DNA of 64,000 bases from Sporopachydermia quercuum (lineage: Eukaryota), in NCBI GenBank assembly GCA_001599295.1, contig BCGN01000003.1, positions 1,054,001-1,118,000 on the forward strand. Direction: 5' to 3'. The number at the start of each line of letters is the position of its first letter. The stretch's first letter is position 1. The notes below the pieces were generated by a model, which worked only from the letters and a program-made list of their open reading frames with translations, was not told the DNA's origin and ran no database searches. Shown piece by piece: positions 19,805 through 29,872 of the stretch. Both the position numbers and the translations under genes were made by a program.

Positions 19805-21244
19805 ATGGCTTCTTTCAGACTGATAGCTCTGCCCAGCCGTTGTTTGAGTCGATATGGCAAACCAACAGCATTTGGATCGACAAACAACTACTTCCAACAA
19901 ATAACTTGCCGGTCATTCCATACATCAGGTATAAATAATGCAGTCTCAGACCCTTATGGAGAATTAGGAGTTAAGAAAGACGCATCAGCTGCAGAAATCA
20001 AAAAAGCATACTACAAACTTGCAAAACAGTATCATCCAGATATCAATAAAGAAAAAGATGCTGAGAAGAAGTTTCACGACATTCAAGAAGCATATGAAAT
20101 CTTATCAGACCCTAAAAAGAAAGAACAGTTTGATCAGTTTGGATCTTATAGTGAACAAGGGGCTGGTGGTTTCAACCCTCAAGGAGGGTTTAGTGGTTTC
20201 CATGGTTTTGGCGGCGGTAGTGGCAGCCCTTTTGGATTTGATATCAATTTGGAAGATCTGTTTAGTGAAATGTCAGGAGGAGGTGGACGTAGAAGAAGCG
20301 ATCGAAATTATGTCACTGAATACGTTGGTGATGATGTCGAAGTGGTGAAAACCATCTCTCTCAAAGAAGCAGTATTCGGAACAAGCACTAAAGTTGAATA
20401 TGAAGTGAATGACACTTGTCCTACTTGTGACGGTACTGGATTGAAAGAAGGAAGGAAGAGATCTACTTGTCGCGTCTGTAAAGGTTCTGGTATGGCTGTT
20501 CATGCTATGCAAGGTGGATTCCGCATGACATCAACTTGTTCGAATTGTGGTGGTTCCGGTGTAGAAATCAGTCCTGGAGATCAATGTGGAAGCTGCCATG
20601 CTCACGGTGTGGTTCACAAGAGAAAATCCACAGAAATTGACATCCCCTGTGGTGTCAGTGATGGAACCAGGCTCAAGGTTTCAGGAGAAGGTGATGCACC
20701 TTTTGACGCTTTGAAAGCTTCTAATGTCAGATTGAGGAAAGGTGATTTGATTGTTCGTATTAGAATCAAAGGTGACCAAGATTTCACTAGAAAAGGTAAC
20801 GATTTGATATTCAAATGCAAGATTCCGATGACTACTGCTGCTCTAGGAGGAAGAGTAGAAGTTCCTACAATCGATGGAGAGAATTTGCGTATAAATGTCA
20901 ATTCTGGAACTCAAAACGGCACCCATGTCACTGTACCCGGTAAAGGTTATCCTCAATTGAATAGGAAGTCATCCAGAGGTGATTTGATGATTAATTTTGA
21001 GGTGGAAACACCTAGACCTACTAATGCTACTCAGATTGCTTTATTAGAAGCATTGGCTGATGCTTTTAATGATTCAAAGGCTAAGAGAGCTGATCCATCG
21101 TGGAGTGCTGCTCATGCAGAATCTGAAAACAACGCCGAAACTTCTGGTGATTCTAATCATGTTTCCAAGTTGAAGAGAATCGAGAAGTTCTTAGGTGAAG
21201 CATTCAAGAAGATCACTCATCAAGAAGAAGATAAGAACAAATAA
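19805..21244 (+). CDS. MDJ1: Mitochondrial class A DnaJ co-chaperone
   Basis: Presequence ending RSFHTS, J domain with HPD, G/F region, four CxxCxGxG-type repeats, DnaJ C-terminal domain. Confidence 0.95.
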   Translation: MASFRLIALPSRCLSRYGKPTAFGSTNNYFQQITCRSFHTSGINNAVSDPYGELGVKKDASAAEIKKAYYKLAKQYHPDINKEKDAEKKFHDIQEAYEILSDPKKKEQFDQFGSYSEQGAGGFNPQGGFSGFHGFGGGSGSPFGFDINLEDLFSEMSGGGGRRRSDRNYVTEYVGDDVEVVKTISLKEAVFGTSTKVEYEVNDTCPTCDGTGLKEGRKRSTCRVCKGSGMAVHAMQGGFRMTSTCSNCGGSGVEISPGDQCGSCHAHGVVHKRKSTEIDIPCGVSDGTRLKVSGEGDAPFDALKASNVRLRKGDLIVRIRIKGDQDFTRKGNDLIFKCKIPMTTAALGGRVEVPTIDGENLRINVNSGTQNGTHVTVPGKGYPQLNRKSSRGDLMINFEVETPRPTNATQIALLEALADAFNDSKAKRADPSWSAAHAESENNAETSGDSNHVSKLKRIEKFLGEAFKKITHQEEDKNK

Positions 21245-21988
21245 ATGAGTATAACAAATAAATGAGTATTCATAGCTTATTGCAAGAGTCAAAATAAGCA
21301 TAGAAATATTTTCTATTATGAGTCATTGAGCTTTCCATTAGCTGGCCTTCTAGATAAATGATTTCGAAGAGTAAAACTCTGAGATATAAGAAGTATATTG
21401 GTTGTATCCGGAAACAAGAATACTTGTATTAGATTATAGGAGTTCGTGTGTTTTATATCATTAATATGGTATTTCATGCTCAGTCATATTATATTCTATT
21501 CACGTCAGTGTTCATGTTAATACTGTCATACAAGCATCTTACCATGGTCAGATTTTTCTCTCAATGGATATTTCATTGTAATTCCAGCTAATGGTAATGC
21601 TATGCTATAAATGACTCATTGAAACTGGGTGTGTTGAGCGTTGAATAGAAATTCATTCAACCATCATTCGGTTTCTCCTTGTATATAGTATAAAAAATAA
21701 ACTGAACAAATATTTAGTACAATGTGTTACCGAGATATAGAATATTTCTATCAGATTTGATTAACAAAACATGAATATATTTATCCTTATAGTCATTCCC
21801 TGTACCTACGTGTTACAAACGTACCCATAATATGATACTATTAATAAGTATTATCAGTATTATCAGTATTATCATTGAAATACTATTCATTTACTATGAA
21901 CACAATTGACATGAGATTCTATAATCCAAGAAAACCACTGTCATTCCTCTTCCTTTACTTGTATATTATTATCAGCGCGAAATATGGC

Positions 21989-24232
21989 CTACGACTTATT
22001 CTTCTCCAATGCTTCTAATAGCTCATCAGCAGCTGTGGCATCTTTAACTCTACAGGCATAAGTTTCAATACCCTCGTCATTAAAACTGGGCACCCTAACG
22101 ATCTTGTCACCCATCTTGCTATACGTAATTTCACTCTTCAGAAATGTATTAAGTAATACTCTACCAGAGCCTTCTGCACGAAGTAAAGCTCGGGCCTTTT
22201 TGGTATCTTTGTGGACAAGAATTCTCAACATTCCAACCCCCTTTGCTTCAAATGGCTGAGGCTTAGATGCATCTACTAAATAAAGCTTTACTTTATGTTC
22301 GTATGCCACTTCTTCGTCTTCTTCCCCTGGTCCTTTCTCAGCAAATCCCAGCTGGGGTTCGGTTGGGATCACAATGTTTTCCTCTGCTTCATTTCCATCT
22401 CCTTCCGCGGCAGCTTCGCTTGCTACTGGTTGAGATTTAGGTGCAGAAAAGGCGAAGGAGGGTCCTGTAGAGCCGGAGGTGGCTCCGAATGAAAACGGTT
22501 TGACAGAGTTCGATCCGTTGCTTCCGCTGGCGTTGAGGGCAGCGGAAGATGGTGTAGTGGAAGCACCAAATCCAAATTTCGGAGCTGCAGCACCACTGGA
22601 AAACGAGAATCCAGTGGTAGCACCAAAGAGATTCTTGGGTTTCTCTGAGGTAGCCTCAGATGCTTCGGCACTTTTGGTGGTAGATGGTGTAAATGAAAAC
22701 AATGGCTTTGCTGATGTAGCAGAAGAAGTTGCGTTTTCGTTGCTCTCATTACTATCACTTGTAGTAGCACTGGGCGTGCCAAAAGATATCTTACTTTCTG
22801 GCTTCCAAGTGAAATCTTGAGTAACAGCTGGTTTACTGAACCCTGACAAATTGACTTGGGGGCTATTGTTGCCAGGAGCAGTAAAAGAGAAGGCAGGTTT
22901 TGGTTTATCTTCATTACTGGATTTTTCACTTTCCGGAGAACCAGAACCAGAAAGAGGCACTGGTGCAGAAACAAAAGCGTCTTGTTTTGATTTGCCGTCA
23001 TTCTTCTCATCTTTCTCAGCAGGTTTGTCGAATTTGAAAACATTTGAAGCGGGTCCAGCTGGATTAAATACAAATGGGCTAGGGTTGGGTGGCGCATCAG
23101 TTTTGCCATTAGAAGCTGAGAAAGTGAAAGGACTATTCTTATCAACAGTGACTTTAGGAACAAAAGTCGGTTTTCCATTGGATGATTCAGCATTCTTATT
23201 AGATTTTATGGATGCCTCTTCTTTTTCCTCTTCATTCTTCTTTTCAGNTGCTGATTCCGATTTATGTTCTTCAGCTACTGGCCTAGAAGGTACAGTGAAA
23301 GAGAAAGGATTAGTTGACGTTACACCAAAGCCAAAACCAGTGGATGCAGGCTTTGATACAGGTTCTATAATCTTAGGAGCTGAAAAAGAAAATGCGGGTC
23401 TTGTATTCGATTCATCTGGTTTTGCTGACCCAGAGTTAGCAGTAGAAAATGAAAATGGCTTAGGGGTATCTTGCTGTTGATTGCTACTGGGAGCTCCAAA
23501 CTGAGGTTGAGCAGAAGGTTTTGATGCATCGTTTGATTGCTTTTCAGAAAATGTACTACTACTAAAAAAAACCCCACTTTTGTTAGAGGTGTTTGTCGAT
23601 GTAGTGGAATCATTAGGAATAGTATTACTAGTGGTACTGGTAGTAGAAGGTAAGGAAAACAAACCATTATTGATATCTTTAGCATATTTGATATACTTCT
23701 CGCATAGATCTGTGAAGTCGGCCACTTCATTTTTATTGATTACCTCATTGATTTTGTTTTTGAATGCCTCATTAAGACTGAACAATTGAACTAACTTCTT
23801 GTTGCTAGAATCTGAATTGGAAGTAGGGTTAGAACTAAAGGGGCTATTTGAAACGATATTGGAATTATTGGTAAATGACGTAACTTGTTTCGGTGAAAAT
23901 GAAGGAATAGCACCAAATCCTGTTGAGGTTCCAAATGAAGGTTTTGCTACGCCATTCTTACCATCTAATCGTGATCGAGGCTTTGCTATCCTATAGTTTG
24001 ACGTTAGATGATAGTCCTGAGGAACAATAGAATGATAGAATTTACAAGCAAAAGATCAACGGAATAGAAAAACGAATGTACAATGTTCAAATAACAAATG
24101 TATAACTTACTTTCTTCTGGATAAAGTAGCTGAGTCGGCCGTTGTTCTCATTTCAGCATCCTCATCATGGATATCTTCGTGTCCTTCATCATCTTTGGTG
24201 ATTTGAAAGTGTGATGATCGTTTACCAGACAT
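21989..24232 (-). CDS. NUP2: Nucleoporin Nup2/Nup50, 2 exons, about 707 aa
   Basis: Exon 1 24232-24111 (MSGKRSSHFQITKDD...LSRR). Intron 24110-23991 (GTAAGT / ATCTAAC / TAG). Exon 2 23990-21989 gives RRKIAKPR, FxF repeats and a C-terminal Ran-binding domain. Confidence 0.9.
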
Positions 24233-25042
24233 TGTGCCGAATATAATACAGTTTTATTCTTATCTTTGGGTGACTCAAAAACGTTTTTTCGGTTAAGTGG
24301 TGGTATCTCTTTCTAGCTGACTGGATTTATAATTTTTGCACTATAAATTGAACATATACTTCTTCTTCTGCTTCTTTGAGTATGGATGTACAGCGTATAG
24401 GTTTGTAGCATAGATACTGGTATCAAACAATGCTAACTGAAAAGCTAGTTGGATGTACAGTAGGGGAACGTTCAATCTATTGAGAATCAATCAGTTATGC
24501 ATCAAAATAGTGACTGAGTATCTATCTATTCAATAAATAAACTAGCTTTATGTATGTAAATGTATTGTATATTCATTATTAGTACAATCAATTGTGCCAA
24601 AGTATTGTAGTTCATTCAAATCCTGATTAGTTGCTTTAGTAACAAAACATGTTGGAAAGTTATTCATAAACCGGGTAATGAGTAAAGCTTGAGGGTTATA
24701 ATGGATATGCTCTTCACGTGCTTTTATATAGGTTATATAAGTGTCACATTTCTGTTATAAGTCAGGTTCAATGGTTTCCCAAACGGGTATATTCATTATT
24801 ATTTTCTCTTTTTATCTTTTTTTTTATCATCTTCTGCAGTTCTGGAGTTGAATCAGATTGACGCACTAGGTCCTCAATGCTTGGAAGAGCCCAATGTGAT
24901 TCGTGCTTGTATTGGTTTCTCTACTACTGTATAGAATAATATCTTGAACTAGTTACTTGTTGTTTAAGATATCACTGAGATTCGATTGGAATTGTGGAAT
25001 TGTTTTACTGCATCACAGAACCAAGGAATAAAGTATAGTCAA

Positions 25043-25294
25043 GTATGTATAATTGAGTTTCTATTGGGTTTGGTATTTGAAGACATTTGCACAAATTCAG
25101 CGGGGTTCGTGAGATTCAAGGAAGTATTCAACAGTCAAAAGGTGGATTTAATTGTATCATAGTGAACTAGCTGATAGCAACGCATTACAACATACAGACG
25201 TGGAGATAACACACAAAGTGGTACATGTTTGCTTCATATATTAAAACAACTCAATAGTGTTGTCTTTAGCAGTTTTGTTAACATGTTAATTTAG
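25043..25294 (+). other. 5'-UTR intron of RPS25 ending 1 nt before the ATG
   Basis: GTATGT at 25043, TGTTAAC at 25276-25282, TAG at 25292-25294, then A-ATG. Confidence 0.75.
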
Positions 25295-25295
25295 A

Positions 25296-25679
25296 ATGCC
25301 ACCTAAGATTCAACAAACAAAAGCCGCTAAGGCTGCCGCTGCCATGGCCGGTGGTAAGAAGTCCAAGAAGAAGTGGTCCAAGGGTAAGGTTAAGGACAAG
25401 GCCCAACACGTTGTCATCCTTGACCAAGAAAAATACGACAGAATCTTGAAGGAAGTTCCTACCTACAGATACGTTTCTGTCTCAACTTTAGTTGACAGAT
25501 TGAAGATCGGAGGTTCTATCGCTAGAATTGCCATTAGACAATTAGAAAATGAAGGTATCATCAAGCCTATTGTTAAACACAGCAAGCAATACGTCTATGG
25601 TATGTTACAGATTTGAATTTTGGCTTTCAATACTTAGGAATCGTTACTAACCAAACTAGTTCGTGCTATTTCTGAGTAA
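25296..25679 (+). CDS. RPS25: 40S ribosomal protein S25 (eS25), 2 coding exons
   Basis: Exons 25296-25599 and 25660-25679. Intron 25600-25659 (GTATGT / TACTAAC / TAG). The spliced end YVYVRAISE* matches the Rps25 C-terminus. Confidence 0.95.
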
Positions 25680-26062
25680 ATCTCAGGTTAATGCTATCAT
25701 TAGCAATGTTTCAAAAATGTTTCTGATGATGATATTATCTTTTCTAAACACATCTAATGTACAAATAAAAATATAATACTCGATCCAAACACTTTGTAGG
25801 CCGCAGATTGATATCATGTAGCATTGCTTGTAGACCAAGGCTTGATTTTTGTATTTCGTTCAACATCGACAATAGCCCTCTATTTCTATATAACTCCAAA
25901 TTTATCCTAACAGCGATGAGCAATTATAATTCTTGTTAATTGTTATTATTCCTTAAGTTCAGTGTGTCAACAGTCCTATTTGAACGAACCTCTTGTGATC
26001 TCAATCATATCCTATTTTAAGTTTAAACTTATACGATATAAACGAAGAAACAGTCTTGGGAT

Positions 26063-26131
26063 CACGTGCTTCACGTGACCGCTTTTCAATCAAAACAATT
26101 TTTCATTGTATTTTAACTTTTATATATAAAA
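26063..26131 (+). promoter_or_regulatory. Promoter of the snoRNA host gene: two CACGTG boxes and a TATA box
   Basis: CACGTG at 26063 and 26072; TATATATAAAA at 26121-26131. Confidence 0.6.
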
Positions 26132-26370
26132 GGAGTCCAATGGAAACCTCCTCTTCTTCTTCCTAAGTGCAAATCTTTTTCTTGGTTCTTACTTGGAGCG
26201 GCTTTTAGATTATCAACATAATTTTATATGTATCAATGGAAACAAACATGGTATTAACATTGAATTACTTAATACACTATTGTAGTATGGTAGAGTAAGT
26301 AAAGATTATGAAGAAGCTGTCACTGGTTTTAAGCGTTGATTGATTTATCTCATGTATTGCTTTGGATTAG

Positions 26371-26452
26371 CTAGAATGATTATGACTTTTAAGATAGCTG
26401 AGGATGTAAATGCAGGACACANATAAAATGGAATTCTTCGTTGATGACTTGC
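26371..26452 (+). ncRNA. snR57: C/D box snoRNA snR57 (18S Gm1572 guide)
   Basis: Box C ATGATTA at 26376. Guide GGAATTCTTCGTTG (26430-26443) pairs with 18S CAACGAGGAATTCC. Variant box D ATGA at 26444. Internal GAGGATGTAAATGCAGGAC resembles yeast snR57. Confidence 0.85.
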
Positions 26453-26591
26453 ATTCCAAAGCATGATATTTTTCAATCAATGATATTGATTTCGTTTCAT
26501 ATAGTGTAGCTGGGTTAAAATAGGGTGATAAACTAACATTAATATAGTGATTGTATGTTTAACTATTGAAAATCAATACTAAACAGTTCTG

Positions 26592-26670
26592 TTGTTATGA
26601 GGAAACTTTACACAATCGTATCTCGGTGAATCCTGAGCCTTAGATATACATGCACTACCATCTGAACAAA
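26592..26670 (+). ncRNA. snR55: C/D box snoRNA snR55 (18S Um1269 guide)
   Basis: Box C ATGAGGA at 26597; conserved CACAATCGT. Guide CATGCACTACCA (26649-26660) pairs with 18S TGGTGGTGCATG. Box D CTGA at 26662. Flanking 10-bp inverted repeat 26583-26592 / 26673-26682. Confidence 0.85.
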
Positions 26671-26855
26671 TGACAGAACTGTGCGTTATTTTGTCAGTTG
26701 AAGCAATATCTAACAAATGATAGTGAACATATCCAGTGTAGGTTTAACTCCAATCACGTAAACCTGGTGTCTTTGAATTATACTTAATGGTAAGTTTTCA
26801 TACGCGCTTTTATGCAGGGTTTAACTGTCACTCAACTTGGAACTATATATTGATA

Positions 26856-26948
26856 TTTAAATGATGAAAAGTAAATGATATCAGTTCTGCTTCTGACCAA
26901 GTCATGAAGATACTCCTTTACCAAAGCTCTAGAATTACTCTGAATTAA
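26856..26948 (+). ncRNA. snR61: C/D box snoRNA snR61 (25S Am1133 D' guide, plus an 18S D-box guide)
   Basis: Box C ATGATGA at 26861; guide TCAGTTCTGCTT plus D' CTGA at 26893; C' ATGAAGA at 26904; guide AGCTCTAGAATTAC at 26925-26938; D CTGA at 26940. Flanking inverted repeat 26848-26857 / 26947-26956. Confidence 0.9.
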
Positions 26949-27368
26949 TATCAATATCAAGATTGAGTGATACTTATTGCAACATGCATCAATTTGATCA
27001 ATTGGAGGTATACTAACAGTCTCTACAGTGCTGTATAGTTCTCAGGCATATATTATCCTTAAATATCCAATTATTTANTCCAAATTAAGTTTAGTTCATG
27101 TTTCACCATATAATCTTCAATAATACACATAATTGTATAGTATACTATAGTTTGTTTATAGATAAGTAATGACACAGTAGTTGAATAACCATTCATCAAA
27201 ATTTATACCAAATTGAAAACTTGTTGCTATACGATGCAGCAGAAATATGTCCACTATGTATCATACCATAAATTGATAACGAATGTAACAGTGGAACAGT
27301 GGAACAGCTAACAACTTGTTTCAACTTAAAGCCAGATGACTAACATATTATAAGTACCTCTTTCCCAA

Positions 27369-28856
27369 TCAATGAATATTATCAAGACGAGCTCTATTGA
27401 GATGCACTTTGATATCAGCCTTATCAGTATCTCTTTCGATTTGATCTAATCTGTTATTCTGGCTGTCGATTTCCTCACCAGTTGCAATTGCAAGTCCTTT
27501 AAGTCTAACTGCTGCATCATACATAGTAGACAAGTTACCATGAATCTCCTCTTCTATTTGATCATCTTCCTCATCAGCTTCAAATTGGTACTTGCTAGCT
27601 TGCTGTTTGATCCGTTGTCTATCATATCGTTGACGAGTATCAGATTTCTCCTTCACCGGATTTCTGTTCTCCAAAACATTTTTGATTCTCTGTTCTGATT
27701 CATAAGCTGCTTGCCGTTGTCTCTCCATTTCGTACTTCTGTTCTTCACGGGCAATTTTGATTTGAGCTTCTTTTTCTCTCAGCTTACTTTTAGAATTGAA
27801 GGGATTTCCCACATGAACGGCAAAAATGCTTCTGTTAAGTTTGGCAATTTCTTTGGCTTGATCGTTAGCAATTTGATTTTGAGTGTCAGCCAAGGAAAGA
27901 TTCTTCTCCACTGAATATAAACTAGCACCTTGTGATCCTAGCATTCCAAGAGTATTTTGGCCATGGATTTCTGCTTGGTTAGCCATTTGAAGAAAATTTC
28001 GCGTTTCTGCTAGTGTATCAAGCTTAGTATCCTTAATGTCTCGTTTGATGCCTTCTACTTCTTCATCACTATTTTGTTCTTGAACTTGCTGCTGATCTTT
28101 TGGGAGGAAGTTAAAATCCGATTCATCATCTTCTGCTGGTGTTGCATCAGCTGCAGCTCTACTTTTGCTATTGTAGCCTCCGCTGTTATAGTCATCTGAT
28201 GAGATACCTCTCGTATTCGCAAAACGAGAAGATGCAAATCTGTTCTTGTTTGCTCCTTCAAACAATTCATTCTTAGCAGCTAATAACGTACTGGTCGTTT
28301 CACTTGAGTTAGTTCTCTTCAATGGTGCTCCGTTGTTGAACTGAGAGTAAGGCGAGCTAGTGCTATTAAAATCGGTGTGAGTGGAGCTTTGGTCGTAGCT
28401 TGAATAGCCTGAATGCACATTGTTGTCGGATATAGTTGGCTTTATACTACTGTAAGGATTTCCATTAGAAGCGGAAGATATTCCACCTAAAGAATTGCTA
28501 CTGTGATTATTGTTGAATTGCGAGGACCCATAGGCATAACCAGCCGATGATGACGTAGTTGTTGATGGTTTCATATGGCTATAAGGATTGACAGTTGTTG
28601 TTGCTTTCATTGAAGCATAAGGATTGCTTCTATTGGTATTACCACCTCCAGCCTCAGCATTCATTTGACTGATAACCCCTCCTGTGTTTGGTTGAAGCGG
28701 TTGTTTATTTTTGTTCAGTTCGCTGGCATAATTTCCGAAAGCTGCAAACTTGTTTTCTCGTTTGCTCCCAGTATTTACCGGGATTCCCTTCCGTTGCATA
28801 TCATCCCGAATTTCATCTGGCGAATATTCCTTCTTTTTATTGAATAGTTTCTTCAT
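27369..28856 (-). CDS. SEC9: Plasma-membrane Qbc SNARE Sec9 (SNAP-25-like)
   Basis: NPY-rich N-terminus; two SNARE motifs (TLGMLGSQG...LNRSIFAVHVGNPFNS; LKGLA...EEIDSQN). Confidence 0.93.
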   Translation of the reverse strand: MKKLFNKKKEYSPDEIRDDMQRKGIPVNTGSKRENKFAAFGNYASELNKNKQPLQPNTGGVISQMNAEAGGGNTNRSNPYASMKATTTVNPYSHMKPSTTTSSSAGYAYGSSQFNNNHSSNSLGGISSASNGNPYSSIKPTISDNNVHSGYSSYDQSSTHTDFNSTSSPYSQFNNGAPLKRTNSSETTSTLLAAKNELFEGANKNRFASSRFANTRGISSDDYNSGGYNSKSRAAADATPAEDDESDFNFLPKDQQQVQEQNSDEEVEGIKRDIKDTKLDTLAETRNFLQMANQAEIHGQNTLGMLGSQGASLYSVEKNLSLADTQNQIANDQAKEIAKLNRSIFAVHVGNPFNSKSKLREKEAQIKIAREEQKYEMERQRQAAYESEQRIKNVLENRNPVKEKSDTRQRYDRQRIKQQASKYQFEADEEDDQIEEEIHGNLSTMYDAAVRLKGLAIATGEEIDSQNNRLDQIERDTDKADIKVHLNRARLDNIH

Positions 28857-29872
28857 AGTTGTATTGTATTTAAATGACTAATTAGATGTAGTACAACAAG
28901 GAGCCTCTTTGAGGTAGAGCTGATGTCCTAAGATTGGTGTGAAGCAAACGAACAACTAGAGCTTGGGGATTCCATTCTCTGAACCGATGAGTTCTTGATC
29001 TAATAATTAAGTATTGTTTAGCTTTACCTTTTGTTTCATAATTGTTCTCCAGTGATTTACAAATAACATCGGCGTGGTATAATTGATATAGTAAAGTGAT
29101 GATAAAACATTGTGGTTTGAGGAAATGTCCTGGGTGATGGTGTCCAGTAAAGAGATCCAAAATAGGAAGTACGAGGGCGATACGAGCTATTGAGGAAATG
29201 GGGACAAAAATTCTGTGGGAAATGAAATGTTTGGTAAGATTAATAAGTAATAAACGATAGGTATGAGTGTTTTATATCATTATACGCTTATAATCTTATA
29301 ATATAATTCTTGAATGCTTAATGCAAGAGTGTGTGGTATCTGTATGGTAGTANTCAGCGGACAGTAATTTATATTATATGTTTGAGGCGCTGGGAGAAAT
29401 AAGGGTCCGAAAGTGTGTATTGATGATTATGTGATACTTTTTACGGTTGTTATCATTTCCGGAATGTTATAGTGATGGAAGGTAGGCGAAAGACAAGATA
29501 TTAATACATGATTTAGGAAAGAAATATTGTTATTATCCCAGAACTTAAGATTGGAGCTTCCTTCCCCTTACAAATTGCTGTGAAATTTGTTCAAAAGGTT
29601 TCTAGTAAATAATTATGTTTTGTTGATTACTCCTCCATTCTACTCCGTAAACTAAAGGATTTATGTGCATATGCCGCAGAAAATCAATTTAAACTTTACA
29701 GCTTGATTCGTTCATGCATAACTATGCATGAATATGAGAAGACTTATTATGTTAATGAAAAGTTCGCTCACTGAGTAGTTTGATTACTTTTCTTTAATCT
29801 GGAAAATCATTAACAAAACGGTTTATTAATAAACAGAAGGGTTATAGATAGTTATATGCATATTACAGCTAG

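Larger units (their letters stand above)
26150..27100 (+). ncRNA. Non-coding spliced snoRNA host transcript (ends approximate) with three snoRNA-containing introns
   Basis: Intron 26295-26547 (GTAAGT / AACTAAC / TAG); intron 26553-26723 (GTATGT / ATCTAAC / TAG); intron 26790-27028 (GTAAGT / TACTAAC / CAG). No long ORF in the spliced product. Confidence 0.75.

Noticed and set aside
21236..21873. Short direct repeats (17-bp duplication at the MDJ1 stop; AGTATTATC x3 at 21847)
   Set aside because: Simple slippage repeats with no transposon ends, target-site duplication or CRISPR-like spacers.
26236..26761. Small ORF (about 33 aa) in the spliced snoRNA host
   Set aside because: No motif or bias suggests coding; this length is expected by chance.
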